Source of the DNA: Planctomycetota bacterium
GTDB lineage: Bacteria; Planctomycetota; UBA1135
Reading direction: 5' to 3'
Assembly (NCBI GenBank): GCA_045047305.1
Contig: JASFYO010000032.1
Location: forward strand, 1-17,058
DNA length: 17,058 bases
Below, piece by piece: positions 16,074 to 17,058 of the stretch; position 1 is the stretch's first letter, and every line of letters begins with the position of its first letter. The translations under genes were made by a program, and so were the position numbers. The notes under the pieces were generated by a model. The model saw only the letters and a list, made by a program, of their open reading frames with translations. It did not search any database and was not told the origin of the DNA.

Positions 16074-16118
16074 GAGACTAGGTAAAGAGTTTGAGCGGGG
16101 GAATTCCCTAGGCTTGGC

Positions 16119-16127
16119 AGTATATCA
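16119..16127 (-). promoter_or_regulatory. Extended -10 element for the secreted-protein gene
   Basis: TGaTATACT on the minus strand, 45 nt upstream of ATG 16073. Confidence 0.5.
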
Positions 16128-16185
16128 AGCATATTGAGTTTCAGCCACTATCTTTGGGGGCCTCATCGCTCGCCCCTAACACTGC

Positions 16186-17058
16186 TTACGACTTGCGGCG
16201 CCGCTGGACTTCCTCACGAATCTCATCCAGCCGCGCACGAATTCGAGCTTCGACTCCAAATTCGGTTGGCTCATAAAACTTGCGGCCTGCGAGTGCATCG
16301 GGGAGGCATTCCATATCGGTAATGCCGCCAGCTTCATCATGCGCATACTTTTGCCCTTTAGACCAACCCATTTCCTTCATCATATCGGTCGGAGCGTTAC
16401 GTAACTGCTTCGGCACTTCATGGGCATAACCGGATTCGAGTTCCTGTGAGACCGCTTTGAATGCCTTATATACGGCATTCGATTTCGGGGCGACGGCAAG
16501 ATAAATGACGATTTCTGCAAGCGCCAACTCCCCCTCCGGACTGCCGAGAAAATGAAAGGCGTCTTTGGCGGCAATCGCCAAGCGTAAAGCGTTGGGGTCC
16601 GCGAGACCGATGTCCTCCGATGCCATGCGTACCAGACGTCGGGCGAGGAACATGGGGTCTTCACCGGACTTGAGCATGCGCACAAGCCAGTAAAGCGCGG
16701 CATCAGGGTCTGAGGAGCGCACCGATTTATGCAGCGCCGAGATTAAATCGTAATGCGATTCACCGGATTTGTCGTAGAGCAGGGCGCGACCGGCGAATAC
16801 TTGTTCGAGGATGTCGTCGGACAAGGTAGCGCCAACATCGCAGCGGCGGATGGCGGATTCTAGAGCGACATAGGCACGGCGACCATCACCGCTGGCATAA
16901 CGCGCCATGGCTTGCAGCTGTTCGTCGGTGACTTGAACCTTTCGCGCACCAAAACCGCGGGCGTCGTCCTCTAGAGCACGACGCATCAGCAGCATCAAGT
17001 CCTCTTCCTCAATCGGCTCCAGCACATGCACCGTCAACCGCGACAGCAGTGGCGCGAC
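16186..17058 (-). CDS. rarA: Replication-associated recombination protein A (RarA/MgsA AAA+ ATPase), 5' end outside the window
   Basis: Frame is open to the window edge (VAPLLSRLTVHVLEP). GDGRRA, YDKSGESHYDLISALHKSVRSSDPDAALYWL.RML..GEDP.FLARRL...ASEDIGLADP, G.PEG, APKSNA.Y, LRNAPT..MK.MG...KYAHD. Confidence 0.97.
   Translation of the reverse strand, partial: VAPLLSRLTVHVLEPIEEEDLMLLMRRALEDDARGFGARKVQVTDEQLQAMARYASGDGRRAYVALESAIRRCDVGATLSDDILEQVFAGRALLYDKSGESHYDLISALHKSVRSSDPDAALYWLVRMLKSGEDPMFLARRLVRMASEDIGLADPNALRLAIAAKDAFHFLGSPEGELALAEIVIYLAVAPKSNAVYKAFKAVSQELESGYAHEVPKQLRNAPTDMMKEMGWSKGQKYAHDEAGGITDMECLPDALAGRKFYEPTEFGVEARIRARLDEIREEVQRRRKS

Noticed and set aside
16156..16176. GGGGGC...GCCCC hairpin downstream of rarA
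   Set aside because: Short stem, large loop and no U tract on the minus strand; not supportable as a terminator.
1..17058. tRNA, rRNA, CRISPR arrays, IS elements, integrases or prophage genes
   Set aside because: Intergenic gaps are short, and I saw no cloverleaf, spaced repeats, terminal inverted repeats or transposase/phage motifs.

Overview
A gene-dense bacterial chromosomal segment of mostly housekeeping genes, moderately GC-rich. The SD-poor starts, futalosine-pathway mqnD and a secreted protein with a distinctive C-terminal domain suggest an uncultured Planctomycetota-like lineage (inference only). Left to right: tandem NrdR-box-like sites and a DnaA box; YmaB-like NUDIX hydrolase; 75-aa possible Sm/SH3-like protein; fdhD; ArsC/Spx-family protein; atypical stand-alone receiver protein; 4xPAS-GAF hybrid histidine kinase; mqnD; atypical soluble Ser/Thr kinase; archaeal-type (type II) methionine aminopeptidase; SDR; Leu/Phe/Val dehydrogenase; DinG helicase with a catalytically dead DnaQ-like domain; an internally deleted pseudogene; a degenerate PrmA-like protein; a secreted protein; and the 3' part of rarA. 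I see no RNA genes, CRISPR array, IS or phage genes, and no obvious multi-gene novel system. The best candidates for undescribed biology are: (i) an approx. 100-aa C-terminal domain shared by the secreted protein and the pseudogene, a candidate export/sorting module; (ii) the NrdR/DnaA sites beside a YmaB-like NUDIX gene; (iii) a bacterial type II MetAP; and (iv) several proteins with altered catalytic motifs. All calls come from motif recognition by eye; no database searches were run.
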